Source: a virus. Taken from it: a DNA stretch of 64,000 bases. Position 1 is the first letter of the stretch. Each line of letters begins with the position of its first letter. Location of the stretch: the UHGV virus genome UHGV-0218015; one strand, 5' to 3'. Of this stretch, positions 20,331 through 29,610 are shown one piece after another. Position numbers and translations under genes: made by a program. Below the pieces are notes generated by a model. That model had not been told where the DNA came from. It saw nothing but the letters and a program-made list of their open reading frames with translations, and searched no databases.

Positions 20331-20987
20331 ATGGCACCGAAAACTAAAGAAACTGTAAAGAACGAGACTAAAGCCAACGAAGTTCAACCGGCTGCGAAGG
20401 TTGAACTTTTACCCTGCGTTAATGAAATAATTGGGGTGAAATTCTTAACTTTTAATCCGTATACTGACCTGGTTTTCGATTTTTATCAAGACCAGCCTTT
20501 CAACTTATTCACACTTGTCTGCACTTATAATGGCGACATTTTGGCGGTTGCGCCTGGCCTTAATAGAGACAAGTTACTTACAGGTACGGTTATTACTGAA
20601 ATTCTCCTGCGGTTAATGCATAAGTTTGAAGGGCCTGAACTTGACAAAATCGGTGTTAAGTTAGCTGACCTACTAGTCAATGCTGCCGACTGGTTGAGTT
20701 TTAACCCTTCTATCTATTTCCATTTCAATACAAATATTCTTCACGCCGTAACAGACGATGGTAAAAAGTATCGCATCTTAATTAAGGGTGGGGTGCAACA
20801 ACCTTTGTTCTCTAGACAAAACTGCCATATTAAGTTTTCGCCTGACTTGGTAGAAGTTTACGGCCAGCGAGTAGCGACTGGCCACTACGAGGTCCATCTC
20901 AGATTTTTCAATTACCTGTATGAAAAATTAGGGAAAGCTGGCATGACACCCAATCTTGCTTTCACAAGCTCTGCCCCTTTTGCGTGA
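20331..20987 (+). CDS. hypothetical protein
   Basis: ORF with AAGGAG SD; terminator follows. Confidence 0.5.
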   Translation: MAPKTKETVKNETKANEVQPAAKVELLPCVNEIIGVKFLTFNPYTDLVFDFYQDQPFNLFTLVCTYNGDILAVAPGLNRDKLLTGTVITEILLRLMHKFEGPELDKIGVKLADLLVNAADWLSFNPSIYFHFNTNILHAVTDDGKKYRILIKGGVQQPLFSRQNCHIKFSPDLVEVYGQRVATGHYEVHLRFFNYLYEKLGKAGMTPNLAFTSSAPFA

Positions 20988-20999
20988 TGTTTAATAATT

Positions 21000-21035
21000 G
21001 GGGAACTTCGGTTCCCCTTTCTTTTTTGTTTTTAC
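21000..21035 (+). terminator. rho-independent terminator
   Basis: ggggaac-ttcg-gttcccc then tttcttttttgttttt. Confidence 0.75.
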
Positions 21036-21081
21036 AGCTTTAGCGTATTGTTTTGAGACGACCTTTTAAGGAGTAATTAAC

Positions 21082-22080
21082 ATGGCTTTTAGGAAGACTA
21101 TAGAACGTACCGCCACGGATTTAACAGTAGGTCGGTTAGCACGTAGAGATATTCGCAACCCTCAACTTCAGGCTTGTTTATCTGGCCCTAACGGTGCGGT
21201 GATTCGTGAGGCGTTGTGCAATAGTGAACTGAATACGTTCTCTTTACAAAAAGGAAAAACAATTCAAGGGTTTATCATCACAAAACACATTTACGGCGAT
21301 CCAACGTTACACTGCTTGTATATGCATGAAATTGTACCAGGTTGTTTGAACAAACTGAACCTACTACTGGTACTCGACTACACCGGTTTTACGTATCTTA
21401 ATCGAATCGCCAGTGGTGTAGAAGAAATCTCTGAGCTTAATGACTTAGGATTTAGACACACCCACACCACATACCGTTTAGGTACACGCTCGTTATTGGA
21501 TATCGCTCTACCAACGAACGTGAAGAACATCTCTGGTGATTTTTATAAAGAGTTAACCGCTGCACAACGAGAACAGCTTATGTTGCTTTTAGGCGCGAGC
21601 GTAGTTGAAAACATCAACGCTGACCCTGTGGGCCGCTCACGACAAATCATGCCACAAGTCGAAACGTTGGTGGAGTTAGTACGTCACGTCAACCACCACA
21701 CCTATGTTTGGATGGACGGCAACGATGTTGTGGGCGTGGTGCAAGTTAAATTGCGTAATCTTAACGAGTGTGAATTAAAAGCCATTGCGGTAAGTGAAAC
21801 ACATCGGGGGCGTGGTATCGGACGGACTTTGTTATACCGTGCTCTGCAGATTGCATCGACAACAGCGGCACCATTGGAGATAGGGTGTTTCAATAACAAC
21901 CCTGCATTTAGACACCTGGTCGTCGAATTATTTAAATTTCGGTCCTACGAGTACGAATTTGTTTTAGTGCGCGACGATGACGTCGTCAGTTGGGAGCGTC
22001 GGAAAAATCGTGTCGAGCTGGTGTTAGGCGACGAAGTATCATCGTTACAAGGCGGATATAATGCGGAAACCAATTATTAA
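21082..22080 (+). CDS. protein with C-terminal GNAT acetyltransferase domain
   Basis: C-terminal IAVSETHRGRGIGRTLLYRAL matches GNAT motif A. Confidence 0.4.
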   Translation: MAFRKTIERTATDLTVGRLARRDIRNPQLQACLSGPNGAVIREALCNSELNTFSLQKGKTIQGFIITKHIYGDPTLHCLYMHEIVPGCLNKLNLLLVLDYTGFTYLNRIASGVEEISELNDLGFRHTHTTYRLGTRSLLDIALPTNVKNISGDFYKELTAAQREQLMLLLGASVVENINADPVGRSRQIMPQVETLVELVRHVNHHTYVWMDGNDVVGVVQVKLRNLNECELKAIAVSETHRGRGIGRTLLYRALQIASTTAAPLEIGCFNNNPAFRHLVVELFKFRSYEYEFVLVRDDDVVSWERRKNRVELVLGDEVSSLQGGYNAETNY

Positions 22081-22876
22081 GTGGATGGGTGGGAAAACAC
22101 GTGTTTTAGGGGAATTACAAAAGGTCTTGCCTAAACGTACAACCTTTGTAGAACCGTTTGTGGGTGCAGGGTCTGTTTTCCTAAATACGAATTACAGCCG
22201 GTATATTTTATCGGATTCTAACCCTGATTTGATACGCTTACTTTGTGTTGCGCGTGAACAGCCTGAAGAACTGATCGCTGCGTCGCAGCCGTTGTTCTTA
22301 GACGGTAATACTACTGTAAAGTATATGGAGCGTCGTGAGCTGTTTAATAGCGGTAAATCGATGTCAGAAGTTGAGCGTGCTGCGATGTTTTTATACTTAA
22401 TGCGTCACGGTTATAACGGTATGTGTCGCTATAACAGTAGCGGTGGGTTCAATGTTCCGTTTGGACGTTACCCGAATGGGGTTTATTATCCATTAGAAGA
22501 AATTCGTGACTGGGCTAAACGTTGTGCGGAAGTTGATTATCTGGAAATTGTTTGTGAGGACTTTCGTTCTGTATTAGCACGGACACCTGAGGATGCTGTG
22601 ATTTATGCTGATCCTCCGTATATTCCGTTATCGGATACTGCGAAACATGCGCAATACCACCGTAAAGAATTCTCACAAACGGATCATCGTGAATTGGCCA
22701 AGTTACTACAGCAGCAGGTGGAACGTGGCAACAGTGTCGTGTTGTCAAATGCAGACACCCTACTCACCCGAGAAATTTATTACGGTTTTGAGTGGCGCAG
22801 TATTGAGGTTGGTCGCTATATGGGTGCGTCTGGCGCTACTCGGAAAACGGTGACTGAATTACTGGGAGTGCTCTAA
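22061..22876 (+). CDS. dam: DNA adenine methyltransferase (Dam family)
   Basis: KWMGGK, FVEPFVGAGSVFLNTNYSRYILSD, YNGMCRYN and DPPY, in the same order and spacing as E. coli Dam. Confidence 0.85.
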   Translation: MRKPIIKWMGGKTRVLGELQKVLPKRTTFVEPFVGAGSVFLNTNYSRYILSDSNPDLIRLLCVAREQPEELIAASQPLFLDGNTTVKYMERRELFNSGKSMSEVERAAMFLYLMRHGYNGMCRYNSSGGFNVPFGRYPNGVYYPLEEIRDWAKRCAEVDYLEIVCEDFRSVLARTPEDAVIYADPPYIPLSDTAKHAQYHRKEFSQTDHRELAKLLQQQVERGNSVVLSNADTLLTREIYYGFEWRSIEVGRYMGASGATRKTVTELLGVL

Positions 22877-23649
22877 TGCGTATAGTGGATATTGACGATT
22901 ATCGTAATGACCATTTAGCAATTGGTGTGGGTGGTAGAATAGTTTCGCTAACCCGTCTACGAAAAGGGTTGATAGAAAAAGACATCATTCGCGAATCTGA
23001 AGATCCGACCTTTATCATTCTTTCGAACACGAATCAGCTGCAATGTGTCTTCTCCGGTCGCGCCGATGGTAAGATTTTCTACATGTCGGCAATCGTTGTG
23101 TTTGCGAAGAAGAAAATTAATTTCGCACAACTCAAACGTTTGTTAAATGTAGAGGTGTTTGATGTCACATACCCTGCCAATGACCTAAAACGTCGCGATC
23201 AGTTAATGGCGTTCTTGCGTATGCAGCCGTCGTTCATCGATTATGAGCTGACGTTTACTGAAAAACCTGAAGTTCGCACCGATTTGCCTGATGTAGATGA
23301 TATTGAATCTCTAACGTTAGAAGAAACGTTTACGATCACTAAGGTGGTTAATGTCAGCTTGGATACGCGCTGCCTGGAATTGTTAGCGATTGGTGCAGCA
23401 GAAGGTTTGTGCTGCCGTAAAGATGGTAAAGTTGAAGGTATCTTAGTCTATTCGAAAATCAACGAAAAGACGTTTGCCACCGAAGGTTTCTTCTATAACG
23501 ATTGTACTTACGGGAATGCGCTCTTGACCACGTACTACCGTATTGCGTATTTAAAGGGCGCAACCGTGCGTCTTACTTTTCCATATTCAGCACCTCCATC
23601 GATGCCTGGTGTTGAGGCAGAAGCATTAACTGGTCATTTTATCTTTTAA
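22876..23649 (+). CDS. hypothetical protein
   Basis: ATG overlapping dam stop (ATGA-type coupling). Confidence 0.5.
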   Translation: MRIVDIDDYRNDHLAIGVGGRIVSLTRLRKGLIEKDIIRESEDPTFIILSNTNQLQCVFSGRADGKIFYMSAIVVFAKKKINFAQLKRLLNVEVFDVTYPANDLKRRDQLMAFLRMQPSFIDYELTFTEKPEVRTDLPDVDDIESLTLEETFTITKVVNVSLDTRCLELLAIGAAEGLCCRKDGKVEGILVYSKINEKTFATEGFFYNDCTYGNALLTTYYRIAYLKGATVRLTFPYSAPPSMPGVEAEALTGHFIF

Positions 23650-23658
23650 GGACATTGA

Positions 23659-23886
23659 ATGGAAATCAAACGTATTGTAACCAAAGACAAAAAGATTGCT
23701 TATGTTGCAGGTGATAACGAGTTCTCGGCGGTTATTAATGCTGAGAACGTGCTGATTATCGGTTATCCAGGTAAAGATATTACTCGCAGTCATCAACGTG
23801 TGATTGACAAACTTATCGCCAAAGCAAAAGCGCGTGATGGTGTTGGTTCAGCACAAACCCATACCGGGTTAACGTTGGTACTCTAG
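23659..23886 (+). CDS. small hypothetical protein
   Basis: 75-aa ORF. Confidence 0.4.
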   Translation: MEIKRIVTKDKKIAYVAGDNEFSAVINAENVLIIGYPGKDITRSHQRVIDKLIAKAKARDGVGSAQTHTGLTLVL

Positions 23887-23924
23887 CCAGCAGGTAATAT
23901 GACCTCTTAACTGGAGACTTAGAG

Positions 23925-24431
23925 ATGAAAGAGACTCTGGATTTTAATCAGCTGGAGCAGCACGATTTTGATCTCGGTGTTCGCGACTTAGAAGCTGACT
24001 ACGAAACACGTTGTAAAGAATTCTTTAATCGCTACGGGCAATTGATTACCGGGGCATCTGAAGACACAGAATTCTCGTTAGACGATTTCGAAAAGATTCT
24101 GTCTTGCTTTATCACAGACAGCTTAGCGAAACAGGCATTGCTGGTAGAACAGAACCTGCAAATGGTGGAGCCTACAGATGCTCACGCTGTGCTAAAAGAA
24201 TCCATTATTCCGAACGACGAAATTATGGATGCGGTAGCAGGTATTCGTGGTACGTTCGACGCAGCCGTGGAAGACTATGCCGAACAGCTTCGTGAGTCTG
24301 GGCTAACGTTGTGTGCGCCTGCGGGCGAACAGTTACCTTCTGAAGAAGAAACGGAAGAAGCACGTAATCGCTTAGCGCGTTATGTGATTACTTCTGTGTT
24401 AGTAGACGATCGCGAAGAAAACGTACTGTAA
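23925..24431 (+). CDS. acidic hypothetical protein
   Basis: ORF; terminator follows. Confidence 0.45.
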   Translation: MKETLDFNQLEQHDFDLGVRDLEADYETRCKEFFNRYGQLITGASEDTEFSLDDFEKILSCFITDSLAKQALLVEQNLQMVEPTDAHAVLKESIIPNDEIMDAVAGIRGTFDAAVEDYAEQLRESGLTLCAPAGEQLPSEEETEEARNRLARYVITSVLVDDREENVL

Positions 24432-24436
24432 ACCTT

Positions 24437-24475
24437 CCCTCTCTCCGTTTGGAGAGAGGGAGTATTTATTTTTAC
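24437..24475 (+). terminator. rho-independent terminator
   Basis: ccctctctcc-gttt-ggagagaggg then T-rich tail. Confidence 0.75.
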
Positions 24476-24529
24476 GCTTTCGTGTCTAATTATGCACACG
24501 TAAACAAAATTAATTGAGGAACAGCTTAA

Positions 24530-24847
24530 ATGTGGTTAAGTGCGATTCACCGTGATTTACCAAAACAAGAAATGGTATTTACCGTTGGGGAACCAGCAAC
24601 TGTAGTAGGTGTTGCTAAGTTCGAAAGGGTGGAAGAAGGTCAATTCGTCGTAGTAGACGACAACGAGAACGAATTCATGTTGTTCCACCCTGAGGTCGAT
24701 ACCTCTGAAATCTGTGAGGGTTCTCTTTTGTTATCCTGGCAAATCCCTGAAACTAAAGAATGGAAATGGTGTGTTGCTAAACCGACAAATGAAGCCGGAA
24801 CCGCATACGTGTTTGGGGAAATCTATGTCGAACCAAAACCACACTAA
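24530..24847 (+). CDS. hypothetical protein
   Basis: ORF with GAGGAA SD. Confidence 0.45.
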   Translation: MWLSAIHRDLPKQEMVFTVGEPATVVGVAKFERVEEGQFVVVDDNENEFMLFHPEVDTSEICEGSLLLSWQIPETKEWKWCVAKPTNEAGTAYVFGEIYVEPKPH

Positions 24848-25133
24848 TACCGACGAAACGAATTTACAGCGCTTGCAACGGACACTAACTGCACCGCTAG
24901 GTGGTGAGGTTCACGAACGTTGGGTAATTGGGAGGGTGGTAGAAATTGACTATCCTCAGGATCAGTTACTGTTAAAAAACTGCTCAACGAACGTGCCTTT
25001 CACGTTACCGCGCACTGTGTTCCGCCTTACACCCAACGTTGATGAAATACTGACTATTGACAGGAAACTTCTATCGATAGAACTTCAGCATTTCCCGCTG
25101 CCTGGTAAGTCGGTTAATATTGCGCTATGTTAA
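24825..25133 (+). CDS. hypothetical protein
   Basis: Internal ATG at 24825 preferred over track start 24714, which lies inside the previous gene. Confidence 0.4.
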   Translation: MSNQNHTNTDETNLQRLQRTLTAPLGGEVHERWVIGRVVEIDYPQDQLLLKNCSTNVPFTLPRTVFRLTPNVDEILTIDRKLLSIELQHFPLPGKSVNIALC

Positions 25134-25147
25134 TGGCTGTCTAAAAA

Positions 25148-25190
25148 ATTTAAGATATATTTCATCTATGTGAGAATTCTCACTTAACTA
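25148..25190 (+). promoter_or_regulatory. degenerate variant of the cassette
   Basis: tttaagatatatttcatctatgtgagaattctcacttaac; palindrome gtgagaattctcac. Confidence 0.3.
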
Positions 25191-25206
25191 AATGGAGTAA
25201 TCTAAA

Positions 25207-25476
25207 ATGGCTAAGATCTATATTGTTGAAAAACGTGCAGGTAATGTACTTTCTTATTACGAAGAAGGTAAACCTGAGAAAATCAAAACACTCAAACTCG
25301 ACGGTTTCAATGTGAAGAGTTTACGTAAGGGCGTGAAGATTACCTTTAAAGGTCTGGTTCGCGCAGGTAACTTACAGATTGTTAAGGACGATGGTACGAT
25401 GGTTGCATTAGCACCTGTCAGTGCTGCGAAAACGACAGCAGGTCGTGGCTGCTACGGTAGCAGTCGTAAGATTTAA
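25207..25476 (+). CDS. hypothetical protein
   Basis: ATG with GGAG SD, preceded by promoter-like variant; terminator follows. Confidence 0.45.
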   Translation: MAKIYIVEKRAGNVLSYYEEGKPEKIKTLKLDGFNVKSLRKGVKITFKGLVRAGNLQIVKDDGTMVALAPVSAAKTTAGRGCYGSSRKI

Positions 25477-25483
25477 GCAGTGC

Positions 25484-25520
25484 CCCTCTCTCCTAACGGA
25501 GAGAGGGTACTTTTATTTTT
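25484..25520 (+). terminator. rho-independent terminator (same stem as 24437)
   Basis: ccctctctcc-taac-ggagagaggg then T-rich tail. Confidence 0.75.
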
Positions 25521-25534
25521 CTTCGAGGTGTATG

Positions 25535-26023
25535 ATGACAACAGTTTTAGTAACAAACGATTACATTTTAGCTGACCGACTTGTGGATTATGGTGGCACG
25601 GTTAAAGAATTGCCCAAACTGCACAAACACAAAAACAAGTTTGTTTTCTACACGGGAGAACTTGTACTGGACACCGAATTTTGGAAAATATCGATTACCG
25701 CTGCTATAGAAGAATATTTAGACGAGGATAAACGTCAGAAAGTTGAGCCCTTGCTTGCAGATCTTTTCGAAAAAGAGCGAATATTCGATCAAATAGTCAT
25801 TTTTACGGTTAGAGAAACACATTGGCTGACATTAGTGGCAGATAAGTTTAAAACGTTTGTGATAAATAAAAATGCGGTTTGGGCAACGGGTTCTGGTGGA
25901 GGATTTGCGCGGGCTGCTTGGGCAACTGGAATATCAGAAAAGAAAATTATGCCATTGGTAGGTTCTATTGATCCGTCTAGCTCGACCACTTACGACTTGT
26001 TTTACAGGAAGGGTTTACGATGA
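25535..26023 (+). CDS. HslV/proteasome-beta-like Ntn-hydrolase (putative)
   Basis: Start must follow the terminator at 25484-25520; N-terminus M-TTVLV and internal ATGSGGGFARAAWATG resemble HslV TTIV... and GSGG..A.AAA; size ~160 aa. Confidence 0.4.
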   Translation: MTTVLVTNDYILADRLVDYGGTVKELPKLHKHKNKFVFYTGELVLDTEFWKISITAAIEEYLDEDKRQKVEPLLADLFEKERIFDQIVIFTVRETHWLTLVADKFKTFVINKNAVWATGSGGGFARAAWATGISEKKIMPLVGSIDPSSSTTYDLFYRKGLR

Positions 26024-26541
26024 AGATAAATGCGGTTTTAATCGGCGATGAAATATTCGTGAATACAAAAACACAATATTTGTATTACGAAGGTATTACC
26101 GTAATAGACGATTATTACGGTAAGTACGGTTGGTGGATTCCGTCCCCTAACTCTTTACGATTAGAAGATGCATTAACCGCCGAAAAGAACAAATTGGATA
26201 CCGATTGGACTTATATCAGTTCCGTAATTGACGCCAGTGGCCGAATTAAAGATGTCTACTGGACTAAGGAGTCAGGTTGGCGCGTTACGCTACATCATCC
26301 CGCACCGGTAAGACTGCTGTACGACCACTCGGACAGTTCTGAATTAGCGTTTACCATTGAGACGCTCTCGCTACGTAAAGATTTAGATAACGTGGGTAAA
26401 GGGAAGTGGTCGATTGAACGTGTAGAGGAAATTCTTAGTCACTTTAAAGCCAACAACAAATTTAAACGTTGGTGTACATTACCTGAGCTAGTAGAGGAGT
26501 TGAAAAAGCGGGACTGCAAGCCGTTACCTTTTAACCCGTAG
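26020..26541 (+). CDS. hypothetical protein
   Basis: ORF coupled to upstream gene. Confidence 0.45.
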   Translation: MKINAVLIGDEIFVNTKTQYLYYEGITVIDDYYGKYGWWIPSPNSLRLEDALTAEKNKLDTDWTYISSVIDASGRIKDVYWTKESGWRVTLHHPAPVRLLYDHSDSSELAFTIETLSLRKDLDNVGKGKWSIERVEEILSHFKANNKFKRWCTLPELVEELKKRDCKPLPFNP

Positions 26542-26586
26542 TCTTTTTTACAACTGTGGCTATTTTAATGATTAGGAGAAAAGAAA

Positions 26587-27051
26587 ATGAAATGTTTTGA
26601 ATCTAAAGAAATTGTTGAGTTGTTTAAGCAGCGTGAGAAAACCGCTTTCCGTGACCTGTACGATTCTGACTATCGTCCTCTGTTTGCGGTATTAATGCGA
26701 CTGGATAAAGAACCCGAAGTCGCGTTAGCAGAAGTCCAACACCACCACGTCAGTTTCGTATTAACCGAAAACATGAGCCGGTGGGTAGATGCTATGCTGA
26801 TCCGTATTGGGCTCTTGGAAACGCCACACCGTTGGGAAGTGGTTATTCAGAAATCATTATTCCCACGGGAAGACATTTTCAACAAATATCGTCCGAAACA
26901 GTATTACAACCACGACGGGTCGCCGAAACGTGCTTTCCTGGCACCGCAACACTTCGTAACCTATGTAACGTTGCGTTACAAAGACACCGTGGTGCCGTTT
27001 GACACCTACCTGGAGATGCGTGAGATAATTTTAGGGAAGAATCCGATATGA
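26587..27051 (+). CDS. hypothetical protein
   Basis: ORF with AGGAG SD. Confidence 0.45.
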   Translation: MKCFESKEIVELFKQREKTAFRDLYDSDYRPLFAVLMRLDKEPEVALAEVQHHHVSFVLTENMSRWVDAMLIRIGLLETPHRWEVVIQKSLFPREDIFNKYRPKQYYNHDGSPKRAFLAPQHFVTYVTLRYKDTVVPFDTYLEMREIILGKNPI

Positions 27052-27530
27052 TTCAATTTTCTGTTGACGCAGAAAGATTGGCGTCATTTAAAGACCGTGC
27101 TCAGTTTGCAGTTAAAAACGGCTATATTGAAAAAGGTGTTCGTGATACCTGTAAACTAATCAACGACCATCCGCATCTGGCGACAATGTGGAGTTGTGAA
27201 GGCCACGGTATGTATTCTAAATCGCCAGGAAACTTGCATATTGTTTTTGCAACAGATGGTATCGGAAGCCAGCTTCCAATGCAGGTTATGTCCGAACTTG
27301 CAAAGTCGGATTTACCTAATTTTTGGAATCTTAGTTTGTGTCGTCTTTATATACCGGACGCATACACGGATTTGGTATATCTTGAACCTGATTACGGGCT
27401 AAACACCGACGACACGTCTTACTGGTCTTGGAAAATCGGATACATGTGCTTGATTAATCGTCCAGTATTAATTGAGGCACGACAGGCTCTTTATAAAGCA
27501 TTTCACACAGTATTAGTTGAGAATAAATAA
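27048..27530 (+). CDS. hypothetical protein
   Basis: ORF overlapping neighbours by 4 nt. Confidence 0.45.
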   Translation: MIQFSVDAERLASFKDRAQFAVKNGYIEKGVRDTCKLINDHPHLATMWSCEGHGMYSKSPGNLHIVFATDGIGSQLPMQVMSELAKSDLPNFWNLSLCRLYIPDAYTDLVYLEPDYGLNTDDTSYWSWKIGYMCLINRPVLIEARQALYKAFHTVLVENK

Positions 27531-28222
27531 TGGCTACCAAACAAAAGAAACCTCGTAACAAAAAGTATAACCCGAAAGCGGCTGCTAACCGTACCGCGCA
27601 CACCATTGCTGAAAATGCGTTAAACCGCATTACTTTCGTCGGTAGCTCTATTCGTCCTATCGGCCCGTACGCGGGCCGTGGTTTCCAGTTTACAACGTCA
27701 CCGCGTATGCGCATGGCAGCGACTGATATGTTAATCGGTGGTTTGTTTGACGAACCGCGTAACTGGAAACTTTGGGTTGCGCATCTGTACGAAACAGATA
27801 ACGGTGTACAAGCAGAAACCATCGTTGCAACGCTTGACGACTACACGTTAAGTGATTTCTGCCAACATGGTGACAAAATCATTAAATCGCTACGTGAGAC
27901 AGAAGAAAACTACTTCGGTTATGCTTTTGTTGCTGCACCTAACGAACGTTATGATTTCGACCAGGGAGAAGAACGCTTACTGGAAAACTTCATGCATTCT
28001 GGGCTGTTAGACAAATCCCTACACCTACCTGAAGAAGAACTGATGGTTACGCGTAAGGATATGGTAACGTTGCTGTTAGCCGATCGTGGTCGTTTTGATG
28101 TTACCGAATCCCATGTACGTAAAGTGCAGAAACTTGTGGATAAGGTAGACGAAACTGATCTGGACACTAACGAAGTCGCAACCCGTATTCAATCGGTGGT
28201 CAATCAGGAAGAGGATTACTAA
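27530..28222 (+). CDS. hypothetical protein with basic N-terminus
   Basis: ORF; N-terminus KQKKPRNKKYNPK is Lys/Arg-rich. Confidence 0.5.
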   Translation: MATKQKKPRNKKYNPKAAANRTAHTIAENALNRITFVGSSIRPIGPYAGRGFQFTTSPRMRMAATDMLIGGLFDEPRNWKLWVAHLYETDNGVQAETIVATLDDYTLSDFCQHGDKIIKSLRETEENYFGYAFVAAPNERYDFDQGEERLLENFMHSGLLDKSLHLPEEELMVTRKDMVTLLLADRGRFDVTESHVRKVQKLVDKVDETDLDTNEVATRIQSVVNQEEDY

Positions 28223-28224
28223 AC

Positions 28225-28755
28225 GTGATAGCGCGACTTGTGAGTTGGTTTAAGCAACGTCGTGCAAAGGCGGTCGAATGGCCGCCTATTACGCATGACG
28301 AGAAAGTGGCTCTTTTTTTGGGATATAACAAAGACTTGGGGAGATTAGGCGAGTTAATGCACTTAACGGAACGCCAGGTTTTTGCTAAGATTTCGAGCAC
28401 CGAGTTGCGTAAAGAAGTAATTCCCCACCTATCCTTTTTAGGGCAGGTTTATGCAAAGACGACAGAGGAATTTTTATCAACCCAAGGTAGCGAACGGCCA
28501 CATATTCGGTTTTCCGTCGTAGGTGAACCTGATACGGTAGGTGAAATCGATTTTAAGATGCTGTATCGCAGAATAAAAGATGATGGGTTTATACATGTTA
28601 AACGATTATCAAAAACTTCTGTGGTGATTTATCATCGCGCTGATCAGGATTTGTTAGGGTGTGTTATAAGGCTAACAAATTTACATAGTTTTTACGTTGA
28701 CTTACTTACAGAGTTTTATCCAGAACCTTGGTGTTTTATAGATGAAAATAAATGA
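28225..28755 (+). CDS. hypothetical protein
   Basis: ORF in operon context. Confidence 0.45.
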   Translation: MIARLVSWFKQRRAKAVEWPPITHDEKVALFLGYNKDLGRLGELMHLTERQVFAKISSTELRKEVIPHLSFLGQVYAKTTEEFLSTQGSERPHIRFSVVGEPDTVGEIDFKMLYRRIKDDGFIHVKRLSKTSVVIYHRADQDLLGCVIRLTNLHSFYVDLLTEFYPEPWCFIDENK

Positions 28756-28954
28756 CGGATATATCATATCAGCAATTGTTTCGACTACACTGATTGTAGC
28801 GATGTTGATGTTCTACGTTAAGACGTCTGACGAATCACGTAGAGACTCCCTTTATCGTGAATGTATGTCAGACACTACTGTAGATAATCCACGTTACGCT
28901 GAATTAGTAATGGCGTGTACGGAATACGCTAATCGAATGGGAGGAGGGAAATGA
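28742..28954 (+). CDS. small membrane-anchored protein (paralog A)
   Basis: N-terminal hydrophobic helix IISAIVSTTLIVAMLMF then a soluble part with two Cys. Confidence 0.4.
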   Translation: MKINDGYIISAIVSTTLIVAMLMFYVKTSDESRRDSLYRECMSDTTVDNPRYAELVMACTEYANRMGGGK

Positions 28955-29148
28955 AAATTTGGTTACCGATTCTAGTATTTATCCTTATCGCAGGGGCACT
29001 CGCAAGTGCTGAGTTAGACAACCGTACTTTAGAAACGAAACGTGAGTTGTATCAGGACTGTATAAAGGATTATACTCCAGGTACAGAGCTTCATGCACAG
29101 GCTGTAAGAAGCTGTGCGTTGATGGCTGAAACGCAGACTCGTTCCTAA
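28951..29148 (+). CDS. small membrane-anchored protein (paralog B)
   Basis: N-terminal signal/TM WLPILVFILIAGALASA; similar size and Cys pattern to the preceding gene. Confidence 0.4.
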   Translation: MKIWLPILVFILIAGALASAELDNRTLETKRELYQDCIKDYTPGTELHAQAVRSCALMAETQTRS

Positions 29149-29522
29149 TGCGTATCTGGACGCTACAACTCGCTAAGTGGCGGTTAGCTAAGCAGAAAGG
29201 ATTTCACGCGGTGGATATCACCGTGAAGTCAGGGCGAAAGGAACTCGCCCCCGACTGGGATTTCCTAATGGCGTATAAAAATTCTGCCCAAGACGCTGCC
29301 GCTGAGCGTGAATACACGATAAAGTATTTGTACAAACTCGAACGACTGTTAGATGCCGATGCCGAAGTTTTAGTGTCGTTACTCAGACACGAAGACCTGG
29401 TTTTGATGTGTTATTGTCCTGCAGGTAAGTTTTGTCATCGTCACCTACTGGCGAACAAACTTCAAGAAGTGGGAATGACGTTCGGTATCGATGTTGAGTT
29501 ATGTGGAGAACTAACGGTCTGA
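29148..29522 (+). CDS. hypothetical protein
   Basis: ORF; terminator follows. Confidence 0.4.
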   Translation: MRIWTLQLAKWRLAKQKGFHAVDITVKSGRKELAPDWDFLMAYKNSAQDAAAEREYTIKYLYKLERLLDADAEVLVSLLRHEDLVLMCYCPAGKFCHRHLLANKLQEVGMTFGIDVELCGELTV

Positions 29523-29549
29523 TTTGATATTTAGCTGTAAAATGACTGT

Positions 29550-29598
29550 CTACCGCCCGATTCTATGGGCGGTAGATGTTTTTTATTTTTTTTTGATC
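29550..29598 (+). terminator. rho-independent terminator
   Basis: ctaccgccc...gggcggtag then long T-run. Confidence 0.75.
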
Positions 29599-29610
29599 TG
29601 GGAGGCTATA

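Noticed and set aside
28742-29148. Calling the small membrane paralogs holin or spanins
   Set aside because: Single hydrophobic segment each and about 19 kb from the lysis enzymes; function left open.
29524-29610. Track start at 29524 for the accessory gene (and similar long N-terminal extensions at 14611, 24714, 25421, 42698, 43008, 43341, 59954)
   Set aside because: The extensions run through terminators or the upstream gene; internal starts with SD sequences and paralog alignment fit better.
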